Positions 34,196 to 45,271 are shown, counted from the first letter of the whole stretch. The stretch is 63,983 nucleotides of DNA, filler included, from Vannella sp. (GCA_023345925.1; 7 parts of 7 records of this genome joined end to end with filler, not necessarily neighbours in it); one strand, 5' to 3'. Translations and numbers: made by a program. The notes: generated by a model from the sequence alone, not told the origin.

Positions 34196-36403
34196 ATGGC
34201 GCCGCGTCCATGCTGGCGTGATGATGATGATGACCGTGTTGTTCCTACGCCGTTACATGATCACATCATGCTGGTTCTTACTTCTGACTCGGACTCCAGT
34301 GAGGAACGGATGCCTGTTATAGAGGAGAGAATGGATTCCTCTTCTTCCGAGGAAGGTTCTGAGGGCGAGGTGACACTGGAGAGAGCTTTGAACTGCGTTC
34401 CTCCTCTCTCGCCAGCCCCTCCTCTTCTGCGGCCGCCTCATATGACCGAATCGCAGTACAGTCGGTTGACGAACGTCGTGTCCGAGCTGGAGAGCGCGTC
34501 CTCTCGCGACCTTCTCACCCAAACGCAGATCCAGAGGCTTCGAGTGACACTTGAGAACGTTCAGGAGGTGCGGAGCACCCTTGTACAAATGGTTGAGATC
34601 CATTTGGAAGACGAAGAGGTCTCTTCCAACCTCTTCGCCCTCTTAGACTTCATTGACCAAGCCCAAGCAGTTCACGAACTCCTTGAAGTACCTGAAGGAG
34701 CAAACCAAAGCATTGATTCAAAGCGGGAGCAACCGGAAGAGGTCACAGAAGCGGCTCTCCATCAAGCCGAAGACAAATTCGCTGATTTGCGCAACGCAGT
34801 GGCGTTTGCAGAGTTAGAGGGCGACGTTGAACGTGTTTGTGTCCTCCAACGCGAGTATGAGATGGCCATGAATCGAGAATATGACCAACAGATCTATGGA
34901 CCGGTTCATGGCTTAGTTCATCGTGAATACGAACCGATTCATCGGGAATACGAGCCTATCCGGGGTGTGCAATCTCTTGTGGACGATAGATTGAACATCC
35001 AAGTTCCTCTAAACGGGGTGGATTGCCCTCCTGGACTCCTCAACGCTGAAGAGGGTTCATTAAAGGTGAACCCTTCCCCTTTGAGAGTCGGTGAAGCCTC
35101 ATTAACTGTGAATGGAGTGTTTTCTGATGCTCAAGCACCTTTCTACTTGATCAAAAATGTGGCTGCACTGTCCTCAGTACAATATCTGGAAGTCACAATC
35201 AAGTCTATTCACAAAAGCTTCCAACCGCCCTTCGCACTCTCTCTTTGGAGCCAATTTCACAATATGGGCCTCGTTCAGTTCTCTTTTCGATTGCTGGAGA
35301 GGCTCATGCCCTTCTCTGTCGCACTGTTTGAATCTCCTGGAACACTCCATCACTCAATCCAAGGAGAGACCGTGAACGAAGGTGATGTCCTAGGGATGGG
35401 AGTCATTCCATGCGGTGGCGACGAATTCTTGATGTTTGGAACGCGAAATGGACTCTGGTTGGGTGCCATGCCTCTCATCAAAACTTCAGATGCTTTCTAT
35501 GAGATCCTCAGACCGCTCTTGATTGCTGGGTCTCCGTATCAGAAGCCTCAACTTGAAGTGGAAATCAATGATGGTTCGGATGAGTCAATCCCCTTCAAGT
35601 TCGACTTCTCGTCTCTTGAAGTAGAGGATTGCTCTATTTGCTATGACGATGTCCTCTCTGGCTGTGTCCAGGTAATGGAGAGCTGCAATCACCGTTTCTG
35701 CGGGAAATGCGTCACCAACTATCTCGTAGCTGCATTGGATAGTGGAGAAGTTGTGGGTACACAGTGCCCTGATAACAGCTGTAGCGAGTTGATGACGGAC
35801 AATGACCTCATGAAGGCCTTGACAAATGTCCAATTCGCCAAATTCAAGCAGTTCCGCACTTTAGCCAAGCTTCAGTTGGAGCCAAATTGTCGCTGGTGCC
35901 CTAAAGAAGGATGCCAAGCCGGTGTAATCGCTGACTTAGAGTGCCCTTTGTTCCCCAAACTAACTTGTGGAGACTGCGACACAGAATTCTGTTTCGAGTG
36001 CTCGGACCGATGGCATCCGGGAATGACTTGCAGACGCTGGGCAAATTACAAAAAGAAGTCCGAGTCAAAACAAGAGACAAAACGGAAGAAGAAGGAGGAG
36101 CTGGGCACCAAGAAGTGGATGAAAGACAACAAAACCGTCAAATGCGTTCGCTGCAGTGCCCTGGTGCAACGTAATGAGGGATGTAACCATATGACGTGTA
36201 CTTGTGGCCACGAATTCTGCTGGCTTTGTGGGGAAACCATCCTCAGCGTGGGGCTCCATTATTTAACAAGCGCATGCGCAGGTCGCCAGTTCTCTCACAA
36301 AGACGAACTCCCCACATCTCGCAGGATAGTCCGAGGCGCTATCGCTCCAATACGCTTCGTAGTCACCTTACCAATCGCTGGTTTCCAACGGCTCGTTGGG
36401 TAA
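34196..36403 (+). CDS. RBR (RING1-IBR-RING2) E3 ubiquitin ligase with GAT-like and SPRY-like N-terminal domains, paralog 1
   Basis: CSICYDD...CNHRFCGKC, IBR RWCPKEGC...FCFECSDRWHPGMTC and RING2 NEGCNHMTCTCGHEFCWLC. Intronless. Confidence 0.88.
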   Translation: MAPRPCWRDDDDDRVVPTPLHDHIMLVLTSDSDSSEERMPVIEERMDSSSSEEGSEGEVTLERALNCVPPLSPAPPLLRPPHMTESQYSRLTNVVSELESASSRDLLTQTQIQRLRVTLENVQEVRSTLVQMVEIHLEDEEVSSNLFALLDFIDQAQAVHELLEVPEGANQSIDSKREQPEEVTEAALHQAEDKFADLRNAVAFAELEGDVERVCVLQREYEMAMNREYDQQIYGPVHGLVHREYEPIHREYEPIRGVQSLVDDRLNIQVPLNGVDCPPGLLNAEEGSLKVNPSPLRVGEASLTVNGVFSDAQAPFYLIKNVAALSSVQYLEVTIKSIHKSFQPPFALSLWSQFHNMGLVQFSFRLLERLMPFSVALFESPGTLHHSIQGETVNEGDVLGMGVIPCGGDEFLMFGTRNGLWLGAMPLIKTSDAFYEILRPLLIAGSPYQKPQLEVEINDGSDESIPFKFDFSSLEVEDCSICYDDVLSGCVQVMESCNHRFCGKCVTNYLVAALDSGEVVGTQCPDNSCSELMTDNDLMKALTNVQFAKFKQFRTLAKLQLEPNCRWCPKEGCQAGVIADLECPLFPKLTCGDCDTEFCFECSDRWHPGMTCRRWANYKKKSESKQETKRKKKEELGTKKWMKDNKTVKCVRCSALVQRNEGCNHMTCTCGHEFCWLCGETILSVGLHYLTSACAGRQFSHKDELPTSRRIVRGAIAPIRFVVTLPIAGFQRLVG

Positions 36404-36559
36404 GAAAGGTGACTTGGGCGAATGCACTTCCCAAAAGCTCTTGTTTCAACTCTCACAGCAAAGAAACCTGGAGAGGCTGTCTTTCAAGCATCCTAACTTT
36501 GATAAACGAAGAGGACGCATCGATTTAGTTCATTTTGTGGCATCCGGCTGCCTCCTAGC

Positions 36560-38668
36560 ATGCGGCTACCTACTGCCACGAAGCGCTCCTTTAGCTCCGA
36601 TGATGACTCGGAAGAGGAGGCTCTACCTTATGTGGACTTGCCAGATGAGGCTGATGACTCTGATACGGACGAAGAGGGCGAGGTTAAACGGGAGATGGTG
36701 GCTCCCCGTTTGCGTGCCCCGTTGATTGGGCTCTCATCTCCTTCGCTCCAACGGTTGCCGGGCATGTCCAATTCGCAATACACTCGCCTGACGGATGTTG
36801 TGTCTCAGCTCGAGAGTGCCTCCTCCGCAGGACGTGACGCCCTGACCCGAACTCAGGTCCACAGGCTTCAGGTGACACTTGAGAACCTCCATGAGGTGCG
36901 AAACACTATCACTCAGATGATTGAGATCCATTTGGAGGACGAGGAGGTCTCTTCAAACCTCTTTGCCGTTCTGGACTACATCGACCAAGCTCAAGCCGTC
37001 CAACAACTCCTTGCAGAGCCCGAGGATAGCCTCCAAGAGACCAAGAGAGAGACACCTACAGATCATGAAGAAGCTCGCATGTCTGATATGCGAAATGCAC
37101 TGAGCATCAGCCAGTTATTGGCAAACGAAGCGGACTCGGAGGCTGATTTAGAGTTTGCACGCAAGCTGCAGCTCGAATTCGACTTGGAACTCATTCAGAA
37201 CGAAGACAATGCAGAGGCCTTTGCTGCTCTACTCCGAGGAGAGGAGCCTAGACCGCCAATAGTGATTAGCAAAGAAGTGGTCTCGCTAAGGAGCCAAGAA
37301 GAAGGCTCTTTGAAGGTCAATCCATTCACTCCTTTGACTGGGGAAGCAAATCACTCCTTGCAATCCGTCTTTTCAGACGTTTCGGTGGAGTTCCAGGCAG
37401 CTTCAGACATTCCCGCTCTTTCTTCCATTCAATACGTGGAAGTCACAGTAAGTCACGTGCACAAAGACTTTCAGCCGCCTTTTGCAGTGACACTGTGGGA
37501 GAAATGCAATGATATCAGTACTCTGGAGTTCTCTTATCCGCTCTTGGAGCGCCTCTCGCCCTTTTCTGGGGCACTCTTACAGGCCCCAGGGGTCTTGAAG
37601 AACTCTATTCAAGGTGAAGGTATCAAAGAAGGAGACGTTGTTGGGATTGGGTTTATCCCGCAAGGAGGAGCGGATTTCGTTTGCTTTCTCACAAGAAATG
37701 GATCCTGGATGGGTCACATGAATTACACCCTCCAGAACCCCCATTCTGAGAGTCTTAGAGTGGTTCTCATTACTGGGAACGTATCCCAAATACCGCAACT
37801 GGATGTGGCCATTAACGACGGTTCAAGCGAGTCGAATCCTTTCAGATTCAGCTTCACTGACTTGGAGGTTGAAGATTGCTCTGTCTGCTACGAAGACGTC
37901 CTTTGTGATTGTGTCCAGGTGATAGAGAGTTGCTCCCACCGATTCTGTAGCAAGTGTGTGACGAGCTATCTCGAAGCTGCGCTAGAAAGTGGAGAAGTGT
38001 TGGACACAAAGTGTCCAGATAATAGCTGCGAGCAGCTGCTAACCGATAACGACCTTGGAAAGGCTCTATCTCTGATCCAATTTGGCAAATTCAAGCAGTT
38101 CCGGACACTGGCGAAGCTTCGCTTAGAGCCAAACTGCCGATGGTGCCCCAATGAGACCTGCCAATCTGGTGTCATTGCCGACCTGGAATCACCTTCCCTC
38201 CCCAAGCTGGAATGTGGAGACTGCGGCACAGAATTCTGTTTCGAGTGTTCGGACCGATGGCATCCAAGAATGAGTTGCCAACGCTACGCGAGACAAAAGG
38301 AGAAATCTTGCTCGAAGCAAGAGACGAAGAGGAAGAAGAAGGAGGAGGAAGGGACCCGCAAATGGATGAAAGAAAACAAAACCATCAAGTGCACTCGTTG
38401 TCGTGCCTTGGTCCAGCGAAAGGAAGGTTGTAATCACATGACTTGCAATTGCGGTCACGAATTCTGTTGGCTTTGCGGGGAAACCATCATCTCGGTCGTC
38501 GGCAGTCACTCTTACCCCCTTCATTATAGCACAGGAGCATGTGCAGGACTCCAAATGTCACACAAAGATGAGCTATCGACTGGACGGAGGATAGTGAGAG
38601 GGGCACTCGCCCCTATTCGTTTTGGAGTCACTTTGCCGTTGGCTGGATTGCAGCGCCTGATTCGCTAA
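36560..38668 (+). CDS. RBR E3 ubiquitin ligase, tandem paralog 2
   Basis: Same architecture as 34196-36403, with KEGCNHMTCNCGHEFCWLC and a UIM-like EADLEFARKLQLEFD. Intronless. Confidence 0.88.
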   Translation: MRLPTATKRSFSSDDDSEEEALPYVDLPDEADDSDTDEEGEVKREMVAPRLRAPLIGLSSPSLQRLPGMSNSQYTRLTDVVSQLESASSAGRDALTRTQVHRLQVTLENLHEVRNTITQMIEIHLEDEEVSSNLFAVLDYIDQAQAVQQLLAEPEDSLQETKRETPTDHEEARMSDMRNALSISQLLANEADSEADLEFARKLQLEFDLELIQNEDNAEAFAALLRGEEPRPPIVISKEVVSLRSQEEGSLKVNPFTPLTGEANHSLQSVFSDVSVEFQAASDIPALSSIQYVEVTVSHVHKDFQPPFAVTLWEKCNDISTLEFSYPLLERLSPFSGALLQAPGVLKNSIQGEGIKEGDVVGIGFIPQGGADFVCFLTRNGSWMGHMNYTLQNPHSESLRVVLITGNVSQIPQLDVAINDGSSESNPFRFSFTDLEVEDCSVCYEDVLCDCVQVIESCSHRFCSKCVTSYLEAALESGEVLDTKCPDNSCEQLLTDNDLGKALSLIQFGKFKQFRTLAKLRLEPNCRWCPNETCQSGVIADLESPSLPKLECGDCGTEFCFECSDRWHPRMSCQRYARQKEKSCSKQETKRKKKEEEGTRKWMKENKTIKCTRCRALVQRKEGCNHMTCNCGHEFCWLCGETIISVVGSHSYPLHYSTGACAGLQMSHKDELSTGRRIVRGALAPIRFGVTLPLAGLQRLIR

Positions 38669-38689
38669 CAGCGCAGATTCAATACACTT

Positions 38690-39085
38690 TTACTGGGTCG
38701 TAGAAGCAAGCACAGTTGCAGGGGAAGGAAAGACACAGTCAAAGATACCGAGAGCTTTCAGTTTGCGTTCAAAGCCGCTTGCAGTGTTCAGGGTGTGAAG
38801 AAAGGAGCCACGAGAGTGTTCATATGTGATAATTCCACATCCCTCACGTATGCGTATCACGCAAAGGCCATCACGGACGACAGATCCAGGTATCCATCTC
38901 CTCATCTTCTCTTTCATCGACATTTCTCCTTCAGAGAGGTCCATTCCGGCCTGCCGGAGCAGCTCTTGGACTGGAAAAGACACCGACTTCACTGGACTCA
39001 TCGTATACCGACCAGGACACCCAGAAATCTCCTCCCAACACCAACCTTCCTCAACCCTCCCAAAGCTCACCTCCAACTCCTCCAT
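38690..39085 (-). CDS. Hypothetical protein (about 131 aa)
   Basis: The ORF fills the gap between the RBR gene and MPP6 and has a globular-looking composition (WEEISGCPGRY; GIITY...FLHTLNTASGFERKL). No family recognised. Confidence 0.5.
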   Translation of the reverse strand: MEELEVSFGRVEEGWCWEEISGCPGRYTMSPVKSVSFPVQELLRQAGMDLSEGEMSMKEKMRRWIPGSVVRDGLCVIRIREGCGIITYEHSRGSFLHTLNTASGFERKLKALGIFDCVFPSPATVLASTTQ

Positions 39086-39134
39086 CCAATAAATGAGCCC
39101 TCCCACTCATTCCACTCTATCACACTAAAATGGC

Positions 39135-39781
39135 TTATCTTTTGGAGCTTTGGTTGCGCTTGTAAAAGTTGGAGGACATTTCCCTCTTCGCTCCTTTTTT
39201 GGAAGGTTTGAGATCTTCGGGCTCTTCCAGTTGCTGGCGACTCCGTTTGAAGGAAGTGAGTTTGGAGGCCATTTGGGAGGATGTGATGTCGGCTTCAGCG
39301 TCGTTGTCGAAGGTGTTGGCGGCTTTCCGGGACTTTCGCGCCTTCTTTTTGGACTCTTTCGTGTCTTCGGGCTCTTTCTCCCCGTACTCTGCTCGTTCTT
39401 GCTTCTGTAGGTGATAGAGGTTAGATCTAGTTGTGATCAAGGCTGATCAGATGCGGGAGGGCGAAGCAAGAGAGGAGTACCTCAACATCGGGGTTGAATT
39501 CACCAAAGGAGCGGCGGCCGACCGAGAAATCGAAGGTGGACTCGTTCATCACATCCAGTGTTGGAAAGGATTCGCTCTCAAAGCCTTCAACAACCCAATG
39601 CGTCTCATCCACGACCTTCTTCTGCTCTTCTTGTAACCTCTGCCGCAGCTGGGCCTCTTGCTGACGCTGCATGAACTACCCAGCAAACCAAATCAGATCC
39701 CCACTCCTCCAAAGCCTCCCCGCGCACCTTCATTCCCATCAGACCACGCGAGAGCACTTTCTTGTCCTCCTGTTCCGCCAT
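39135..39781 (-). CDS. MPP6: M-phase phosphoprotein 6 (nuclear exosome cofactor)
   Basis: Spliced LSRGLMGMK/FMQR...HW...GRRSFGEFNPDVE are the MPP6 signature motifs. Two introns. Confidence 0.85.
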
Positions 39782-39792
39782 GACCCCAATAA

Positions 39793-41870
39793 ATGAACTC
39801 ATTTATTACTCATACATACAGTAAAACCGATGGCATATTATTTGGGGCCACACAAAAGCAAAAAGAGCGGGAAAATTTTTCATTCGATAGAGCCGTGCTG
39901 GAGGATAAAGACGTCGTTGGTTCGTTAGAGGACCTGCCGCAGAGCCTGTTGGTGAAGCGTCCTGCGCAGGTGGAGAACAGGGATAGTCCTAAGCGGCCAA
40001 AGCTCAGCCACGGGGAGGAATCGCCACGAAAGATTGCCTCCCGCTTGGCAAGGGAGCAAGCTGCTGAGGCTAAGGAGAAGGAGAGACGCCAAAAGGAAGC
40101 AGAACGTGAGTTAGCAAAGCAACAGAAGGAACAAGAGAAGCTACAGAAGCAACAAGAGCGCGAGAACCTGAAAGTGGAGAAGGAAAGGCAAAAGGAGAGC
40201 GAGCGGCTCGCCAAGATCAAACAGAAGGAGGATGAACGGCTTGAGAAGGAGCGAGTCAAAGAGGACGAGCGCCAAGCGAAGCTCAAGCAGAAGGAGGAAG
40301 AGAAAGCCCAAAAGCTCCTCGAAAAGGAGGAGAAGAAGCGCGAGAGAGAAGAGCAGGCCCAACAAGAGAAGGAACAGAAGCGATTAGAACGTGAGGCAAG
40401 ACAAGCAGAGAAGCTAGAAGCGGAACGGCAACGCAAAGAGGCAGAAGAGGCCAAACTTGGACTCAAACGACAACAACTCTTCTCTCAGCTTAGATTGACG
40501 CCTCAAAAGTCGGTAGACTTGAAAGCCGAACTCCTCAAACCCCGCTTTGAAGCCCAAGAGTTCCCTCAACCCATAGGCAAGCTCATAATCGCTCCCAACC
40601 GCCCTCGCCTCGTCGTCCCTCAAGAGAACATTGAAAAGGCCTTTCTCCAAGACTGGAGCTTCTCCCAGCTCCAGCAAGAGTTCAGAGAACGGTATCGCCC
40701 CCTCTTGTTCCCTCGCAGTAAGAGAAAAGCGTTCCCCTTGCGCAAGGAACATCCAAACTTGACTTGTCTGAAGGCCTTCAGCCTGGACTGCCGCCCGGCT
40801 ACTTTCAAGGCTTTCTCGAGGAAGAGTCGATTGATTCGCTCACGACAGCCGTTTGCGAAGGACGAGCATCAGTTTGACTATGAAGTGGACAGCGATGCGG
40901 AGTGGGAGGAAGGAGAAGGAGAGGATTTGGGAAATGTCTCTGCGGAGGAGGAGGAGGACGGCAAGGAGCTGGAAGAGTACGATGATTTCCTCGTTCCAGA
41001 TGGGTATCTTTCAGAGGAGGAAGGACTGGGAGGGAATGCCGGTGCTTTCTTATCCACCGGACACTTTCATGGAGAAGCGGAATATCACTTTGCCTACCCA
41101 ACAGCATCAACAGAAGATGCACTCATTCCAGTTCTAGAGGCTTTATCAAAGTACCCCGTTCTTCCACTACCTGACCGGGCATTCCCACTTGTGAATGCAC
41201 ATTTAAAGGCGAATAACAAACAAGAAAGCACCCGCTTGAGCGAAAAGTCCCGCGCGTTTCAAGAAGAAGCACTTCCTGATCTCATTCGCCTTCTCCATAA
41301 CTCTCGCGATGGGATGGTAAAGGTCATTTCTTGTCTCAAAACCAAGTTCCCAAACATCTCCAAACGCCAAATCGAGTTGAAGATCAAAGAAGTCGCTACA
41401 AAGCCACAGGTTCGTAACAACTCTCTATCTTAGTCTTAAAACTTACCCTTTCATCTCTCTAGGGCATCTGGATCATCAATAACGCAGAGTTGGCCGAAAA
41501 ATATGTAAGAATGCGTTTCGTAACGCAGCTCGTTCAATGACTGAATGGAATGTTCCAATAGTGTTTGCAAGCCGTTGTGGAAAAGAAGGAAGCGCCAGAA
41601 GTGAGGATTCTCCAACCCCGAAAGAAGAAAGTGTCTGCTCCCCCTGCCACCGGGCCGTCTAATCTGGTCCTGCCCCTTCTTCCTGACATGCAACCCACGT
41701 ATCAATCTTCGAGAGAGATGGAAGAACTATTCTCCTTTCCAGTGAAAAGTGAAAAGGCCTTCAAACTCCAAAGTCCCAGCCCTTCGTCAGGAGTCAACCA
41801 TTCTCCATTCCCTCAGCAAGAGACTAGCGGAGGTGTTAATCCACCAAAAGATGAAGACAGGCCGTTGTAG
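39793..41870 (+). CDS. CHAF1A: Chromatin assembly factor 1 large subunit (p150/Cac1/FAS1)
   Basis: KER charged coiled coil, PFAKD...DYEVDSDAEWEE and DDFLVPDGYLSEEEG, then a C-terminal winged-helix region SKRQIELKIKEVA. Two 3' introns. The start codon is uncertain (39793 or 39830). Confidence 0.9.
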
Positions 41871-41909
41871 TATGTACATAAAGGGAGCCAGGTTCACCAG
41901 AGCGAGCTG

Positions 41910-43208
41910 TTAGAGGAGAAACTGCGTTGATTGGATCAACGAACGAATGTCCGCTGAAGAAGGCGGCTCGATGGTGTGTATCCGCGGACTTGCTCCTGGC
42001 ACAAAGTCCAACGTGATAACCCCTTCAACCGCGCCAAAAGAGCTTTCAGAGTACCCTCTGGCGATTAGGCTGTCTCTCACTTCTATAGGCAAAGAAGCGT
42101 CGATTCTAGCTCCGCTGCCGTCATCAATAGTGACCATTACTGTGATTATTCCTCTTTCGGTCTTCGTGTGCACGTTGACTATCGCCCCCTTTGGATAAAT
42201 GAGCAAACGGAAGTTAGAAGAGGGTAAGAAGCTACTGACTTTGACTCGGGTTCGACAGGACAAGTTTTGGGAAGGAATCAAGAACTTCAATAACTCAATA
42301 CCTGGCGGAACAGCATTCTGCTGCTCCCTCTCGCTCTGTTCCAGGACTTTGGCAAACAATTCATCATCAACGTCGTCAAAATAGCTTTCTAGATCCTCTG
42401 TGGAGTCTTCTACGAGGTCTACAACCTCTGCTGAGAGAGTCTTGAAGGGCTTTGTGTCTTGTTCTTCCTTCATTCGCGTGAGAACTGCAGCTGGTTGCTT
42501 GTGAAAGTAGTTTGAGATAGATGATATGTTTGTTACGGGAGTTAGAGCGGCAGGAGGGCTCATATTGGGAGAACTGGAAGTCGCACGAGGAAGACCGCCG
42601 GTTCGGGAAGGATATGCGGGCTTCTTCGAAGGCGGGCGGATGATGTCTTCTACCTGTTGGAAAGAAGTAGATGCATCTCGTTTGCTTCGCTTCTCCTTTT
42701 GCCGACGCTCCTGCTCATCACAGAGAGAGGCCACAGAACCTCCCAAGATTTCTGTGTTCTGTGGCTGAAGCATCAAGAGGCCTCTTCGAACCATCACGTC
42801 CTTGACTCTAACCTTGATGCCCAACTTCGACTTGATGTGGATGGACGTGGGAAGGCGGCGATACTCGAAACCAACCACAAACGAGCGACCATCAGTCAGG
42901 GACAGTTTTAGCATCCTCCCTGAGTTCTCCTGCTCCCGATGTTCAAGAGAGGCTCCCGCATTGAATATCTCATTCACTTGAAGCACGTGAGAGCCTGCAA
43001 GCACCTGCTTGTGGAAAGTATCGACATTTGGAGGCAAAGTTCCCGCGCAACTGTGCTGTAGATCAGAGCAGAGGAACTGCTGGTACACTGAAGTAACAGA
43101 AGGTGACTCTCCTATCGAAACCAAGTATGCCAGTGCCGCTTCCAACCACCCAGGCGCCACAACGATCCCTTTCTCCTTCAGCTGGGCGGCGACGAGCGCC
43201 TGGCTCAT
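41910..43208 (-). CDS. RMI1: RMI1 (RecQ-mediated genome instability 1) OB-fold protein
   Basis: YQQFLCSDL, VLQVNEIFNAG, RMLKLSLTDG, GFEY, RRGLLML and ILGGSVASL, followed by a second C-terminal OB-like region. A TDRD3-like assignment is not fully excluded. Confidence 0.75.
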   Translation of the reverse strand: MSQALVAAQLKEKGIVVAPGWLEAALAYLVSIGESPSVTSVYQQFLCSDLQHSCAGTLPPNVDTFHKQVLAGSHVLQVNEIFNAGASLEHREQENSGRMLKLSLTDGRSFVVGFEYRRLPTSIHIKSKLGIKVRVKDVMVRRGLLMLQPQNTEILGGSVASLCDEQERRQKEKRSKRDASTSFQQVEDIIRPPSKKPAYPSRTGGLPRATSSSPNMSPPAALTPVTNISSISNYFHKQPAAVLTRMKEEQDTKPFKTLSAEVVDLVEDSTEDLESYFDDVDDELFAKVLEQSEREQQNAVPPGIELLKFLIPSQNLSCRTRVKVSSFLPSSNFRLLIYPKGAIVNVHTKTERGIITVMVTIDDGSGARIDASLPIEVRDSLIARGYSESSFGAVEGVITLDFVPGASPRIHTIEPPSSADIRSLIQSTQFLL

Positions 43209-43261
43209 CCGGAAGCGACAGAATGACGAAAGGGAGACGTTCTAGGGGTGAGTATAGCCTA

Positions 43262-44700
43262 TCACTTGGCTGCTTTATGCAAGCTTTGAAGAATGGAGGC
43301 ACTTTGGGACGTTTCCTGGGAGATGGATTGGCTGTTTGTCGATCAGCAGCGCGTCAGAGGGTTGTGGGAGGGGAAGAAGCTTACCGTAGTGTTATGAGAC
43401 GCTCTTTGATGGCATCATTGGTCGGATCAAGATGAGCAGCTTTCTCATAGGCATCGATGGAGTCGGGAATCTGCTTGCAACTCTCGTACAGTGTCCCTAA
43501 GTTGTACCAGACCTCACTCAAGTGTGGGTTCAGTCGAATGACCTTTGTGTACGCATCCAAAGCGTCGCGGTGTTGGCCAATCTGGTAGTAAAGGACCCCC
43601 GTCGAGCACCAGAACGTTGGATTCTGAGGATCGCGTTGAATGGCGTGTTGGTAAGCCTCATAGGCTTGTTCAAAGCTCTTGTCGTGCATGTGACAGCGCC
43701 CCAAGAGGTACCAGCTATGCCCATCCTCGTCTCCGTGTTCGAGAGAACGTTTGAGATAGGAAATGGCTGCTTCCTGATCTCCTGGCTGCTGTCTACAGTG
43801 GCAGAGCCATCCCAGTTGCTGTAGCACCTTGGGGTGGCGCGGGTTGATCTCCAAAACCTTCTCGTACGCGTTTCGTGCGTCATCAAACTACCAAGAAGGG
43901 TTTTAGAGGGGCTTGAAAGCTTGTAGAAGTACTTACACTCTTGTGAAGCTCGTATACATGTCCGATCTGGAAGAAGACGTCCGCCTTGGTCAAGGGAGAG
44001 GGCGGATTGTTCAAAATGTTCTTAAAGCTCTATCAAGGGTGTTAGAAGGGCTCAACGACAAGCTTGACATACAATCAGACTCCGTTCGTACATCCCTTGC
44101 TTCTTGTAGATGATCCCGAGACGGAAATAGACCTCATTGGCCTTCTCGAAGCTGGGATGACTTTGAAGCACTGTTGTGAAGGCTTCTTCTGCATTGGAGA
44201 AGGAACCATGACGGTCATACAAGATGCCAATGCCATACCAGAGCTTTGAATCCGCCTGAGATGACGTGTGAACCAGTGCGGACGGTTGGGGAGAGGGAAA
44301 CGTACTTTCGGGTCGGGAAGGAGTTGGATGGCGTTCTGGTAAGCTGCGAAAGCTTGGTTCAGGTCATCTGTCATGAGGTAGCAGTGTCCCAGCTCTCCCC
44401 AGAGCTCTCCGTTCAACTTCTCGGTTTCGAGGAGGCGAGAAAGGTAAGCAATGGCGTGTCCGTAGTTCTCCTGGGATCGGTGGAGAGAAGCCACTTGGCC
44501 TATCACCTTGATATTCCCCGCGTTATGCCGCAAAGCATTCTCGTAAGAGTACAAAGCCCTCTCTGGCTCTTCTAACAATTCACTCAACGCACCTTTCCCT
44601 TTGTCAGACACTCTCCCCGTCCCCCATCCCCCATCACCCACTCACCCAACCGCGCCCAAATGGCTTCGGTTTCCTGAGCCAACTTGGCAGCCACGGACAT
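43262..44700 (-). CDS. Cyc8/Ssn6/TrfA-like TPR corepressor
   Basis: YENALRHN, WGELGHCYLMTDDLNQAFAAYQNA, SWYLLGRC, NPTFWCSTGVLYYQIGQHRDALDAY and EVWYNLGTLYESC. Multi-exon. Confidence 0.88.
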
Positions 44701-45042
44701 CCAAACAATGACGCAAAGCGAGCTTTTGACATTTCTGGAAAATTCCCTTTCAGGTCCCATCATTTCAAACTCCTTTCCTTCGCAGGTATTAATGTTACAG
44801 AAGCGACACAATTATTGGGAAGTTCAATTGCGATATTATGCAAACAGCGGGATCGGTGGGATTCCGTCAGAATCTGCCTGCGACTGCTCAAGTACTCCCT
44901 TGGGCACTAGGAGATCAGCAGGCACTGTTTATCTGCTACGGAAAGCCGAATCAGGGAGAGCAGGGAGGGCTGGACAGTGTTTGAGCGAATCGATTGAAGT
45001 CATGGTTGAGTCCAAGTTGTCCAAAACGGTTGTCTCCAGAAG

Positions 45043-45142
45043 NNNNNNNNNNNNNNNNNNNNNNNNNNNNNNNNNNNNNNNNNNNNTTAATTAATTAANN
45101 NNNNNNNNNNNNNNNNNNNNNNNNNNNNNNNNNNNNNNNNNN
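45043..45142. other. Artificial contig linker
   Basis: N44-TTAATTAATTAA-N44. Confidence 0.98.
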
Positions 45143-45271
45143 AAAGTCTTTCTCCTTCATGAGTTGCGAATTGAAGGCATGGGTATGAGGAATTAATTCT
45201 TGGAGCAATTTCTTTTCTGATGGCAGAACCAGGAAAACAGCATTTCCCCAACCGACAGAAGAGGTGGACTG

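Noticed and set aside
39810..40466. Long antisense ORFs opposite charged coiled-coil regions (also 2640-3458 and others)
   Set aside because: Shadow ORFs of low-complexity E/K/R/A codons, with no independent coding signal.
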